NCBI GenBank assembly: GCA_903882825.1
Contig: CAIRYL010000168.1
Span: 1 to 55,069, forward strand
DNA length: 55,069 bases
Source: an uncultured Candidatus Peregrinibacteria bacterium
Lineage (GTDB): Bacteria > Patescibacteriota > Gracilibacteria > CAIRYL01
Direction of reading: 5' to 3'
Made by a program: the position numbers and the translations under genes. Shown in pieces: positions 1 through 9,510 of the stretch; the stretch's first letter is position 1, and each line of letters opens with the position of its first letter. The notes under the pieces were generated by a model. It did no database searches. It saw nothing but the letters and a program-made list of their open reading frames with translations, and was not told the origin of the DNA.

Positions 1-1231
1 AGATTTCAAACGCTTTATCCATCTGAGGGTCTTTGTCTTTTTCAAAATCTTCCAGTGTTTTTTTTACTTCTGTATCAGGTATAATTTTTTTCTCTGTGAT
101 ATTCACACCATTAGGAGTAAACCACTTGGCAATAGTCATTTTTATTTTTTCTCCATTTTTCCCAACTGGAAAAAACTTTTGTACACTTCCTTTCCCAAAA
201 CTTTTTTCTCCAACAATGGTGGCTCTTTTATGATCTTGAAGCGCACCAGCAAAAATTTCTGCAGAAGAAGCCGTTCCTCCATTTATTAAAATAACAACAG
301 GAAGGTCTGTCATTTTTTTATTCGTGGTTAAATGCACTTCTGTTTGTTTTATTTCGCTTTTGGAATTTCGATATTCCACCGACACGACTTTTTCTTGATG
401 AGGAAGAAATAATGATGCCATTTCAACCGCTTCATCGAGGTATCCTCCCGTATTATACCGAAGATCAATAATAATTCCTTTTGGTTCTTTTAAAATTGCT
501 TCTCGTAAATATTTTTGAAAAAGGTCAGTGGTGTCCGCTGCAAATTGTGAAATAGTGAGGAGCGCCACTCCATTTTTTATTTCAGATTCTACACTTTCAA
601 TGTGGATAGAATCTCTTAAAATATTCATTTCTATAGGACCTTCTCTCCCTTCTCGATATACCGAAAGTTTTACATTGGTCCCCTTTTTCCCTCTAATTTT
701 GGTCACTACTTCCACGAGGGAAAGTTTTTCAACCGATTCTCCATCTACAGCAGAAATCATATCTCTGGGCATAAGACCATTTCGAGCCGCAGGAGTATCT
801 CGTAAAATTTCTTCCACCTCCACCACTCCATCTTTTTTACGAAGAGATGCCCCAATCCCTTCTAAATCACCATTCAAATCTTTAGAAAAATCTTCTGCCT
901 CCTCTGCTGTGAAAAAATCGGTATAAGGATCTCCAACGCTTAAAATAAGACCACGAGCAAGATATTCTGAAATTTTTTGGGAATTAATTTTTTCAGGGTC
1001 AACAAATTCTTTTTTCAGGAGAGAGAGTGTATCTAAAAACGAAGAAGTGTCAATTTCAGCGGGGATTGAAGAAAAAGAAGGTGTGGAAATTGGCGAAGGA
1101 GAAGATGAAATCTCAAGCGATGGAGGAGAAATACTTGGAGGAGCAGATATGTTTGATGATACTGCAAACCCAATAAAAAACCCAAAAATGGGAAGTACAA
1201 AAAGTGATATTTTTTGAAAAGTCTCGGGCAT
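1..1231 (-). CDS. C-terminal processing peptidase, S41 family (Ctp/Prc-like). The 3' end is truncated by the window edge.
   Basis: Not in the ORF track because it runs off the edge. My minus-strand translation from the ATG at 1231 gives MPETFQKISLFVLPIFGFF (signal/TM). A PDZ-like stretch follows (LRDTPAARNGLMPRDMISAVDGESV). S41 hallmarks follow: GIIIDLRYNTGGYL, LINGGTASSAEIFAGALQD, TIVGEKSFGKGSVQ. The + strand ORFs at 33-233 and 528-926 are antisense shadows. Confidence 0.85.
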   Translation of the reverse strand, partial: MPETFQKISLFVLPIFGFFIGFAVSSNISAPPSISPPSLEISSSPSPISTPSFSSIPAEIDTSSFLDTLSLLKKEFVDPEKINSQKISEYLARGLILSVGDPYTDFFTAEEAEDFSKDLNGDLEGIGASLRKKDGVVEVEEILRDTPAARNGLMPRDMISAVDGESVEKLSLVEVVTKIRGKKGTNVKLSVYREGREGPIEMNILRDSIHIESVESEIKNGVALLTISQFAADTTDLFQKYLREAILKEPKGIIIDLRYNTGGYLDEAVEMASLFLPHQEKVVSVEYRNSKSEIKQTEVHLTTNKKMTDLPVVILINGGTASSAEIFAGALQDHKRATIVGEKSFGKGSVQKFFPVGKNGEKIKMTIAKWFTPNGVNITEKKIIPDTEVKKTLEDFEKDKDPQMDKAFEI

Positions 1232-1292
1232 AACACACAAAAAGTATATCTATTGTGTGGAATAGAAATAAAAAAGTCAAAAAAAGAGAATT

Positions 1293-2081
1293 TTAAAAAA
1301 ATGAATAACTTTCTCCATTTTGTGTTTTTACCTCTTCAATCCCGAAATCTCCTAAATGAAATTTTGGATGACGATGGGGGAACGCCTTTTGTGAGAATCC
1401 AATATAAAAGGATGTTCCAGTAAATCCTCCAAGCACGACTTTCCCAAAATTTCCAGAAACGAAAATAATATCATTTTCTCTTCGGTCTATCATTTTTTCA
1501 TCATAATCTCTAAATTTTTGAAGTGTTTTTTCAATAACGGCTTGAAAATCAGGGGGACAAGTATGGTAATGCGATTGTCGAAAATATTTTTCGATACAAA
1601 AAAGTCTTTCGAGTTCGGCAATACGAGATTCTGAAATACCGTTTTCAGCAAGGGGATAGGTATTTATATCCCATTTTTCAACTATTTTTTTTGGAAGAAT
1701 CCCCGCAAAAATCCGTTTTAAAAATTGGAAGATCAGTTGTACATGTCCCCAAATACTGGAGGGAGTAAGTCCGCCTTTAGAAAGTTCATATACAAATGGC
1801 ATTTGATACCATTCTTCCCCCATGGCATGTAAAAATCCTACGGCACAGCCAACCAGCACAAAAATATTAAAAAAACGTAAAGATCCCCCTAATGACCAAA
1901 AAATAACAGCAAAAATAAAAAGTACAAATGCTTGTCGAGCATGAAAAACAATAAATGGACTTTCCCTTCTGGTAATGAGAAGTATAGGGGCGAAAATAAG
2001 CGTATATGCAAACGCGGCAATATCTTTATTATTGGTAGCATCAACCTTTTGTTCTGCAGATACTGGCTCATTTTCACTCAT
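1293..2081 (-). CDS. Membrane protein with an N-terminal DUF4870-like domain and an uncharacterised ~170-aa C-terminal cytosolic domain
   Basis: ORF 1293-2234. The likely start is the internal MSENEPVS at 2081, since the upstream part is low-complexity and overlaps the L33 promoter region. The motif AAFAYTLIFAPILLI...FHARQAFVL with 3-4 TM helices resembles DUF4870. I do not recognise the C-terminal part. Confidence 0.6.
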   Translation of the reverse strand: MSENEPVSAEQKVDATNNKDIAAFAYTLIFAPILLITRRESPFIVFHARQAFVLFIFAVIFWSLGGSLRFFNIFVLVGCAVGFLHAMGEEWYQMPFVYELSKGGLTPSSIWGHVQLIFQFLKRIFAGILPKKIVEKWDINTYPLAENGISESRIAELERLFCIEKYFRQSHYHTCPPDFQAVIEKTLQKFRDYDEKMIDRRENDIIFVSGNFGKVVLGGFTGTSFYIGFSQKAFPHRHPKFHLGDFGIEEVKTQNGESYSFF

Positions 2082-2191
2082 GAGAAAAGAAAAATTTCTT
2101 GTTATTATTACACTTTTTATAGTTTTTTTCAAGAAAAACTTGACCCTTCTTCTTTTTTCCGAAAAAATACATTGGATTTTTCTATATTTAT

Positions 2192-2377
2192 ATGCCAAGA
2201 GGGAAGAAAAAAAAGGCAGTAGTAGCCCGATCAAAAGACGGGAAAAATATTGTAGCGCACCTCTACATTAATAATTTCCGTCAAAATACTGACAAAATTA
2301 AAGCTCTTCGAAAATACGATCCAAAAACTCGTCAACACGTAGATATCATCATAAAAGACGAGAAACATTCTTCGTAG
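2192..2377 (+). CDS. rpmG: 50S ribosomal protein L33 (Cys-less form)
   Basis: 61 aa and basic. The C-terminal KALRKYDPKTRQHVDIIIKDEK aligns with the E. coli L33 segment [20 protein letters not shown]. Confidence 0.75.
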   Translation: MPRGKKKKAVVARSKDGKNIVAHLYINNFRQNTDKIKALRKYDPKTRQHVDIIIKDEKHSS

Positions 2378-2388
2378 ATTCATTCTTC

Positions 2389-3318
2389 ATGATTCTCTCT
2401 ATTCTTCTTACAGTCTTTGGACTTTGTCTTTTTGAAATTATTTCTAGTATTGATAACGCCATTATTAATGCAGAAGTGCTTTCTACTATGGGGCAAAAAG
2501 CGAGAAGATTTTTTTTAGTATGGGGAATTCTTATTGCTGTATTTTTGGTTCGAGGGCTTCTCCCATGGCTTATTGTTTGGGTAGTAAATCCTTCTTTAGG
2601 ATTTTTGGGATCACTCACCGCTACCTTTAGTGGAGACATCGCCGCACACGAATCTATTGAAAAATCTGCTCCTATTTTGCTTTGTGGAGGAGGAATTTTT
2701 TTAGTATTTCTTTTTTTTCATTGGCTTTTTTTAGAAGAAAAACACTATGGGCTCCCTCATGAAAAATTTTTCATGAAACATGGAGTTTGGTTTTTTGCAG
2801 TCGTATCTATTATTCTCACGAGTGTTATTTGGATTACCATTCATACGAATCCTATTATTGCTTTTGGTGCAGCAATAGGATCAAGCGCTTTTTTTATTAC
2901 CCATGGATTTAAACAAAATGCAGAAGAAAAAGAGAAGGAATTAAAGGATTCCAAACTTTCAGATATGAGTAAAATTTTTTATCTTGAAATTATTGATACC
3001 ACTTTTTCTATTGATGGGGTTATTGGAGCATTTGCATTTACCCTTTCTGTGCCACTTATTCTTCTAGGAAATGGTATTGGGGCAATAGTGGTACGACAAA
3101 TAACCATTGGGAATATTGACCGAATTAAAAAATATATCTATCTGAAAAACGGAGCAATGTATTCCATATTTTTCCTCGGATCATTTATGCTTTTTGAAAG
3201 TCTTGGAGGACATATCCCGAAATGGGCATCTCCTGTAATTACCGTGGTATGTGTGTTATTTTTCTTTTTAAAATCAAAAAAAGCACTCGAAGCAACTGAA
3301 AAATCATGTATGAGTTGA
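2389..3318 (+). CDS. Integral membrane protein, DUF475/TerC-like family
   Basis: 309 aa and multi-TM. The N-terminal LFEIISSIDNAIINAEVL motif is typical of DUF475. Confidence 0.6.
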   Translation: MILSILLTVFGLCLFEIISSIDNAIINAEVLSTMGQKARRFFLVWGILIAVFLVRGLLPWLIVWVVNPSLGFLGSLTATFSGDIAAHESIEKSAPILLCGGGIFLVFLFFHWLFLEEKHYGLPHEKFFMKHGVWFFAVVSIILTSVIWITIHTNPIIAFGAAIGSSAFFITHGFKQNAEEKEKELKDSKLSDMSKIFYLEIIDTTFSIDGVIGAFAFTLSVPLILLGNGIGAIVVRQITIGNIDRIKKYIYLKNGAMYSIFFLGSFMLFESLGGHIPKWASPVITVVCVLFFFLKSKKALEATEKSCMS

Positions 3319-3948
3319 TTCCAGAACTCTTTTCTGTAATTCTTCAAACGCTTCGCAGGGGGAATGAGGAATTTTTCGCGCAGTAAGAACGTTTCGTCCA
3401 TATACAATAATTCGTAAATGAAGAGGAAGCCATTCAGATTCTGGAAAAAGTTTTTGAAGATCTTCTTCTATTTTTGAAGGATCGCTATGAGAGGTAAACC
3501 CAAAGGCGCGTGTTACTCGTGCTACATGGGTATCTACTGGGAAAGCCGGTTCATAACCTTTTTGAACCGTATATACTCCAGACGTTTTATTTCCTACTCC
3601 TGGAAGTGTTATCAGCTCTTTCCTGGTTTTTGGAACATTTCCTTCAAATTTTTCACATAATAATTTTGCCATTTCAAAAATATGTTTTGCCTTTGTGGGT
3701 CCATAATTTACAGATTTGATGTATTCGTAAAGCCCTTCTTTTCCCATTTTTACGGCATCTTCCGGATTTTTTATAAAACGAAAAAGTGATTTTGTAGCTT
3801 TATTCACTCCAATATCTGTCATTTGAGCAGAAAGAACAATAGAACACAGAAATTGAAAATCAGTTTCTCCTTCTAAAAAACGGTCTACCGTAGGATACAA
3901 CGTACGCAATGCACGAGAAAAAAATTTTGGAGTGTATTTTTTAATCAT
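3304..3948 (-). CDS. nth: Endonuclease III-like HhH-GPD DNA glycosylase lacking the 4Fe-4S cluster cysteines
   Basis: IVLSAQMTDIGVNKAT, the HhH motif LPGVGNKTSGV (catalytic Lys) and PVDTHVARV (catalytic Asp) are present. The C-terminus has a single Cys where Nth has C-x6-C-x2-C-x5-C. Confidence 0.8.
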   Translation of the reverse strand: MIKKYTPKFFSRALRTLYPTVDRFLEGETDFQFLCSIVLSAQMTDIGVNKATKSLFRFIKNPEDAVKMGKEGLYEYIKSVNYGPTKAKHIFEMAKLLCEKFEGNVPKTRKELITLPGVGNKTSGVYTVQKGYEPAFPVDTHVARVTRAFGFTSHSDPSKIEEDLQKLFPESEWLPLHLRIIVYGRNVLTARKIPHSPCEAFEELQKRVLESTHT

Positions 3949-3991
3949 TTTCAGAAGATGACAAAGTGTTTCCCATTCTTTATACTACCGA

Positions 3992-4945
3992 ATGTATGAT
4001 TTTCTTTTCAATGTTATGAACCACTTTCTGGATATCACCGATTTGGAACCAGCAGAACTTTTACATCTTTTAAAAAGAGCAGAAGTTTTTCGAAAAAAAA
4101 GAAAATCTGAAGAACTGTATAACCCCATTTTACAGGGGAAAAATATGGCAATGTTTTTTGAAAAGCCATCTTTACGCACAAAAGTGAGCTTTGAATGTGC
4201 TGTAAATATGCTCGGGGGAAACGCTATTTTTATTGATGGAAGAGAAGTTTCGGGAACTCGAGAAACACTTTCGGATATTACCCATAATTTAGAGCGTTTT
4301 TGTGATGGAATTTTTGCTCGCGTTTTTTTGCATTCCGATTTAGAAAAAATGAAATCAATTTCTCGTGTTCCTATTATAAATGCGCTTTCGGATAGCGCAC
4401 ATCCAATGCAAGCACTCGCAGATTTGCAAACCATGTATTGGCATTTTGGAGAAGATTTTCGATCGCAAAAAGTCGCATTTATAGGAGATGGATGTAATGT
4501 TTCTACCAGTTTAGCAGAAGGATGTGCACTCCTGGGAATGCATTTTACCATTGCGACTCCTCCTGGATACGAAATTCCTCAAAAACAGTGGCATACCATT
4601 GTAGAAATTGCGGAAAAAAATGGAGGAAGTGTTTCAAAAACCTCTATCCCACAGGAAGCAATTGCCGAAGCGAATGTGGTGGTTACTGATACATGGGTTT
4701 CTATGGGACTGGAAGCAGAACGAACGCAAAGGCTTTTAGATTTTTCAGGATTTACCGTTACAAAAGAGCTTTTTTCTCAAGCCCATACCAATGCTATTTT
4801 TTTACATTGTTTGCCTGCATACCGAGAAATAGAAGTATCAAGCGATGTTATAGACAGCACCGCATCAAAAGTATTTGAAGAGGCAGAATGCCGAATGTAC
4901 ACCGCAACGGCGGTTTTAGAATATTTTTTTAATAATAAAAATTAA
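3992..4945 (+). CDS. argF: Ornithine carbamoyltransferase
   Basis: FEKPSLRTKVSFE (carbamoyl-phosphate site), SDSAHPMQALADL, DTWVSMG and HCLPA. An alternative start is MNHFLDITDL at 4016. Confidence 0.9.
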   Translation: MYDFLFNVMNHFLDITDLEPAELLHLLKRAEVFRKKRKSEELYNPILQGKNMAMFFEKPSLRTKVSFECAVNMLGGNAIFIDGREVSGTRETLSDITHNLERFCDGIFARVFLHSDLEKMKSISRVPIINALSDSAHPMQALADLQTMYWHFGEDFRSQKVAFIGDGCNVSTSLAEGCALLGMHFTIATPPGYEIPQKQWHTIVEIAEKNGGSVSKTSIPQEAIAEANVVVTDTWVSMGLEAERTQRLLDFSGFTVTKELFSQAHTNAIFLHCLPAYREIEVSSDVIDSTASKVFEEAECRMYTATAVLEYFFNNKN

Positions 4946-5011
4946 GAAAAAATGGGATTTTTATAAAATTTCAGGAATAATAGAGAACGAAATAATTTTT
5001 CACATTTCTGT

Positions 5012-5416
5012 ATGTCGGATAGTTCCAACCCTTCGGTAACCTCTTCTTCCGGAAATCCTGCAGTGGTGATTCCAGACGAAACACAAAAAAAATTCCCAGA
5101 CTTGGTAGTTCTTATTTTGGAAAGCCAATCAATGAATGACCAAGAACGGAATTATTGGCTTCAAGTTCTTCCCGTGATGACAGAAGACCAAGTAAAAGAA
5201 TTACGAGATATTTTAGAAACAGAAAAACGAAAATTAGCAGAAATTGATAAAAAATATGCAACACCTGCTGGCGCTACACCACAAATTTCGGCAGAAGAAT
5301 TAGCGCGTATAGAAATAGAAAAACGAAAAAAAGCAGAAGAACTCCGAAAGGCAGAAGAAAATGCTCGAGCAGAAGAAAATCCTGAATCTATATTGGCATC
5401 ACTGAATGATTTATAA
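5012..5416 (+). CDS. Hypothetical protein, Ser-rich N-terminus and charged coiled-coil C-terminus
   Basis: 134 aa. The segment SQSMNDQERNYWLQVLPVMTEDQVKELRDIL resembles a short motif I recall in Patescibacteria hypotheticals; this is unverified. Confidence 0.5.
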   Translation: MSDSSNPSVTSSSGNPAVVIPDETQKKFPDLVVLILESQSMNDQERNYWLQVLPVMTEDQVKELRDILETEKRKLAEIDKKYATPAGATPQISAEELARIEIEKRKKAEELRKAEENARAEENPESILASLNDL

Positions 5417-5424
5417 AAAATATT

Positions 5425-5688
5425 ATGTCTTCTCAGCCTCAAAACCCTCTTTACCAAGTAAAACTTCAAAAAATTCTAGAAGATTTAGTCCAACAATATG
5501 GATGGGAAAACCTTGCTCAACAAGTAAAAATCAGGTGTTTTATATATAATCCCAGTATTTGTTCTAGTCTTCAATTTTTAAGAAAAACGAAATGGGCACG
5601 AGAAAAAGTAGAAAATATATGGATACAAAATAAAAATTTTAAAATGAGGCAGTCTGTGGATAACAAAGAAGTTTTATCTGCTCCGTAA
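5425..5688 (+). CDS. DUF2132 (VF530-like) small protein
   Basis: LEDLVQQYGWENLAQQVKIRCFIYNPSICSSLQFLRKTKWAREKVE matches the DUF2132 consensus: YGWE..L....I.CF..NPSI.SSLKFLRKT.WAR.KVE. Confidence 0.8.
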   Translation: MSSQPQNPLYQVKLQKILEDLVQQYGWENLAQQVKIRCFIYNPSICSSLQFLRKTKWAREKVENIWIQNKNFKMRQSVDNKEVLSAP

Positions 5689-5714
5689 AAAAATGCCTTT
5701 TTCTCCATCATTTT

Positions 5715-7064
5715 TTAAACGATTTCTTCACCCATCACGCTCCAAACGTCCGATCCTGTAATTTTTACAGGAATAATTTTCCCAACACAGGAAGTAGGGA
5801 TTTTTTGGAATGTGGAGGAATGAAGAGAAAATACACATGTTCTGCCCGTATGTGTTTTTCCTTTCGCCATTCCGTTTTCTACTTCTTCTACTAAAACCGC
5901 TTCTATATCACCAATAATACGCTTATTTTCATTTTGAGAAGTTTCTTTGAGTTTTTCATTTAAAACATCGTATCGTCGTTTTTTTTCTGGCAATAAAACA
6001 TCATCTTTTAGTTTTGATTCGGCAAAAGTTCCTTTCCGAGATGAATATTTAGAAATATACGCCACTAAAAATTGTTCTTCTTCAAATAATTTTATGGTTT
6101 TTTGGAAATCCTCTTCGGTTTCTCCACAAAATCCTACAATAATATCGGTGGTAATGGTTATTTCTGGCATGAGCTCTCGTGCTTTTGTGGTTATTTTTTT
6201 AAAAGTATCAATGCGATGTTCCCGTCCCATCGTTCGTAAAATTCGAGAAGATCCACTTTGAACCGGTAAATGAAGAGTACGAGCAATGTTTTTATATTTT
6301 GCCATGACTTCTAAAACATCATCTCCCATGTGTCGGGGATGTGGAGATGTAAACTTTAAGCGCTGTAATCCAGGAATTTGTGCTACTTTTTCTAATAATG
6401 TTGCAAAATCTGTTTGACGTTGCAGTGGAACACGCACCGAATCATCTACAAAATAAGCGTTTACGTTTTGTCCCACCAGAGTAATTTCTACAACACCTTC
6501 CAAAACATGACGTTCACATTCGGCTAAAATATCTTCAAATGGACGTGAACGTTCACGTCCACGCGTAAAAGGAACAATGCAATAGGTACAAAACTTGTCA
6601 CATCCTGTCATAATGGGTACAAACGCACGATATTTTTCTGTACGTTTTGGCGTAATATTCAAGTAATCAAGCTCATCTATGGGAAGTTCTGGTTGAGTAA
6701 GCGTGGGATCAAAACTTTTTAAAAGTTCTGGTAATTTCAGAATATCTTCAATTCGGAATACGAGATCTATTTTTTTATATTTTTTCAGGAGAGGATCTTT
6801 TATTTCAGACGATTGGAGAGAAGAATTTTTGACCATACATCCAGTAAGCCCCACTATTTTTCCCATTTTTTTTGCATTATGCACAAATCCATGTACCCGA
6901 TCTTCGGCATGTTGTTTAATAGAACACGTGTTTAATAACACTACATCTGTATTTTCTACCATTTCTGTTTTTTCCATGCCAATACTTTCTAAAATGGTTT
7001 CAATACGTTCGGAATCGGAGGAATTCATGGCACACCCAAATGTTTTTAAAAAATAACGACGCAT
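5715..7064 (-). CDS. miaB: tRNA-i6A37 methylthiotransferase MiaB (radical SAM)
   Basis: N-terminal FLKTFGCAMNSSDSE (UPF0004 domain), the radical-SAM motif GCDKFCTYCIVPFTRGRERSR and a C-terminal TRAM-like region. Confidence 0.9.
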   Translation of the reverse strand: MRRYFLKTFGCAMNSSDSERIETILESIGMEKTEMVENTDVVLLNTCSIKQHAEDRVHGFVHNAKKMGKIVGLTGCMVKNSSLQSSEIKDPLLKKYKKIDLVFRIEDILKLPELLKSFDPTLTQPELPIDELDYLNITPKRTEKYRAFVPIMTGCDKFCTYCIVPFTRGRERSRPFEDILAECERHVLEGVVEITLVGQNVNAYFVDDSVRVPLQRQTDFATLLEKVAQIPGLQRLKFTSPHPRHMGDDVLEVMAKYKNIARTLHLPVQSGSSRILRTMGREHRIDTFKKITTKARELMPEITITTDIIVGFCGETEEDFQKTIKLFEEEQFLVAYISKYSSRKGTFAESKLKDDVLLPEKKRRYDVLNEKLKETSQNENKRIIGDIEAVLVEEVENGMAKGKTHTGRTCVFSLHSSTFQKIPTSCVGKIIPVKITGSDVWSVMGEEIV

Positions 7065-7127
7065 AAGAAAAAAAGATACAAGGCAAAAAATAGGGTACCC
7101 AAAAAATACACAACGGGCAAAAAAATA

Positions 7128-7156
7128 TTGACAAATAATAATAAAATAAGTAAAGT
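7128..7156 (+). promoter_or_regulatory. Putative sigma70-type promoter for the 7178-8567 cassette
   Basis: TTGACA (7128-7133), a 17-nt spacer, then TAAAGT (7151-7156), ending 22 nt upstream of the ATG at 7178. Confidence 0.4.
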
Positions 7157-7177
7157 TGCTTCCTTTTTTTTAAAAAA

Positions 7178-8065
7178 ATGAATGCAACAGAAGAAGCAAA
7201 AGCAAATGAACCAATCTCTCAATTACAACAGGAAGTTCATATAATAGGGAGTATGTTCGGAAACGGTATCTCTGGACTTGGGAGTAAGAAAACTGAGCAT
7301 CAAATAAAGGGATTAGAAAATTTTTTATCCATCTGTGGGATAGTAAACGGTGGATTTCCAGCAGCCCTCGTATTAGCAGAGAATGGTAGTAATCCCAGGG
7401 CACCTCACTTACAAAAAACACAAAAATTTCACCTCGCAATACAGCAAGTATTGGGTGAAATATTAGGTAATGATATTAATCAGAAGTTAATAGAAACTGC
7501 ACAGGAACATCTTACAAAGCTTCAAGGCCCCGATCAGTCCGAGCGACAATCGGAGACTCTAGCTGCTTTACAACAGGAAATAATGTCCAAAATTTTAAAA
7601 GTATGGAGGCCAAATGACGTATTATTAGAAGCAAAATTTTTAAAAAAAGTAGAAGACAAAGCAGAAGAAATAAGAAGAAAAGAGTTTGAAACCCTTGCTC
7701 ATACAGTGCGAAGTAAAATAATTGGATATGATTCGATGGCTAATAGGCAAGAAGAAGCCGGTAAAGAGAAGATTTTCGTACACTTACGAAATTTTTTGGA
7801 TACAAATCAAACTTTAAATGTAGAAGGACAATGTGAGAATTCGCCTTGGGTATTAAACGAAGGTTTTTGCCCAGAAATACTTGAGTATTTACACAAAATT
7901 CGCACGAAATACGGGCATCTTTTCACCATTGTTTCAAAACCTGCAGAACAACTCACAGAAGAAAATTTTATAGCAATAGCAACAGAAGGAAAAAAGTTTT
8001 TAGAGGAAATAAATAGTGATTGGAAAATAATAAATGAAGAAGCACCAAGACAAGAAAAAATTTAA
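7178..8065 (+). CDS. Hypothetical protein (295 aa, soluble, helical/charged)
   Basis: Long ORF with an ATG start and its own promoter-like element. I recognise no family motif. Confidence 0.6.
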   Translation: MNATEEAKANEPISQLQQEVHIIGSMFGNGISGLGSKKTEHQIKGLENFLSICGIVNGGFPAALVLAENGSNPRAPHLQKTQKFHLAIQQVLGEILGNDINQKLIETAQEHLTKLQGPDQSERQSETLAALQQEIMSKILKVWRPNDVLLEAKFLKKVEDKAEEIRRKEFETLAHTVRSKIIGYDSMANRQEEAGKEKIFVHLRNFLDTNQTLNVEGQCENSPWVLNEGFCPEILEYLHKIRTKYGHLFTIVSKPAEQLTEENFIAIATEGKKFLEEINSDWKIINEEAPRQEKI

Positions 8066-8129
8066 AATGCCCTAAAAAATGAAGTTAAGGATATCCACAA
8101 AAGCGCCATACTTCTTTTACCGATAAAAT

Positions 8130-8567
8130 ATGCAGGAATTCCCGCAATCCATCGCAAAAGAACAAGCCACTACAGAAAGAAGAATGGTCTCGTGGGATTT
8201 AGTGGATGCTTTTTCCGATATTTTAGATTTATCAACAACCGACGCAGATACCAAAAGAAAAGAAGCGATACACAGTACACGTAAAAAAATAAATGCGCTG
8301 TTTCCTTTTTTTCTATCACAGAATCCTGAAACAACGTTTCTTTCTTATTTTCATCCCGTAATAGAAAAACATTTTTATAAAATTCTTCTTAAAAATACTA
8401 AGCTTTTCCGTTTTATTTACGAAGATAATTTTTCTCAACCAAGAATACAAGAGCTTCAAGCCGTCATTCAAAATTTTTTAGAAGAATGGGACGATCCTAA
8501 CCTTTTTATACAAATGGAAAGAGAAATACGTGCAAGTCTTACTCAAATCGTACTAAAGCCTCAGTAA
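8130..8567 (+). CDS. Hypothetical protein (145 aa)
   Basis: ORF directly downstream of 7178-8065. Its 3' end overlaps the convergent purC by 29 nt. No recognisable motif. Confidence 0.5.
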   Translation: MQEFPQSIAKEQATTERRMVSWDLVDAFSDILDLSTTDADTKRKEAIHSTRKKINALFPFFLSQNPETTFLSYFHPVIEKHFYKILLKNTKLFRFIYEDNFSQPRIQELQAVIQNFLEEWDDPNLFIQMEREIRASLTQIVLKPQ

Positions 8568-9510
8568 TACTTTCTTCAGGATGAAGAGAAAGATGTGGAA
8601 CAAATGGTGTTCCGGTAATTTTCTCAAACGCTTCAATATACGCCTGTGCAACGTCAATAATTAAATCTTCAGGGGCTGTGGGAAGTTCTCCTTCGGCGTA
8701 TGGGTCACAGTGTGTGCTATACCATCGTCTTAATACATCTTTATCAAAACTTTTTGGTTCTTCCCCTTTTGTAAAACGCTCTTCGTAGGTTTCCATGTCC
8801 CAAAATCGTGATGAATCAGGAGTATGAACTTCATCTATCAGAATAATTTCCCCATCTTCTGTTTTCCCAAATTCGTATTTCGTATCTACCAACAACAGTC
8901 CATTTTTTTCACAAATTTCTTGTCCTCGTGCAAAAATTTCAGATGTTTTCTTCGAAATAAATTCCCATTCATCTGGCGTCATATAGCCTCTTGCTAAAAT
9001 ATCTTCTGGAGCAATATTTTCATCGTGTCCGGTTTCTGGCTTGGTAGTAGGCGTTATAATCGGTTTTATAAATTTTTGGTTTTTTTGAAGCCCTTCTGGA
9101 AGAATATTTCCACAAAAATTTCGGACTCCTTTTTGATAATTTACCCATGCAGAAGTATTGGTAGAACCAGTAATATACCCACGAATCACCATTTCTATGG
9201 GAAAAACTGTTGCCTTTTGTGCCACTAAAACATTTGGGTGTGGAACGAATTGCAGATGATTTTTAATAATATCTTTTGTGTGTAAAAACCAAAATTGAGC
9301 CGTTCTATTTAACACTTGCCCTTTAAAAGGAATCGATGCCAATACCCTATCAAAAGCACTTTGCCTATCGGTAGTAATAATAATACGTTTCCCGTTTATT
9401 TCGTATGTGTCTCGCACTTTTCCCGTATGCAATTTTTTCCCCAATGGAATATTGGTTTCGGTAAGTGTATGTGCAATATATTCAGCAATGAGGTCTCGTG
9501 AAATAGACAT
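8539..9510 (-). CDS. purC: Phosphoribosylaminoimidazole-succinocarboxamide (SAICAR) synthase
   Basis: GKVRDTY near the N-terminus, ITGS, LLLVDTKYEFG and LIDEVHTPDSSRFW. Confidence 0.9.
   Translation of the reverse strand: MSISRDLIAEYIAHTLTETNIPLGKKLHTGKVRDTYEINGKRIIITTDRQSAFDRVLASIPFKGQVLNRTAQFWFLHTKDIIKNHLQFVPHPNVLVAQKATVFPIEMVIRGYITGSTNTSAWVNYQKGVRNFCGNILPEGLQKNQKFIKPIITPTTKPETGHDENIAPEDILARGYMTPDEWEFISKKTSEIFARGQEICEKNGLLLVDTKYEFGKTEDGEIILIDEVHTPDSSRFWDMETYEERFTKGEEPKSFDKDVLRRWYSTHCDPYAEGELPTAPEDLIIDVAQAYIEAFEKITGTPFVPHLSLHPEESITEALVRFE

Noticed and set aside
33-926. The + strand ORFs 33-233 and 528-926 listed in the ORF track
   Set aside because: They are antisense to a clearly recognisable S41 protease reading frame on the minus strand. 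Their translations are low-complexity (Ser/Phe/Ile-rich), typical of shadow ORFs.
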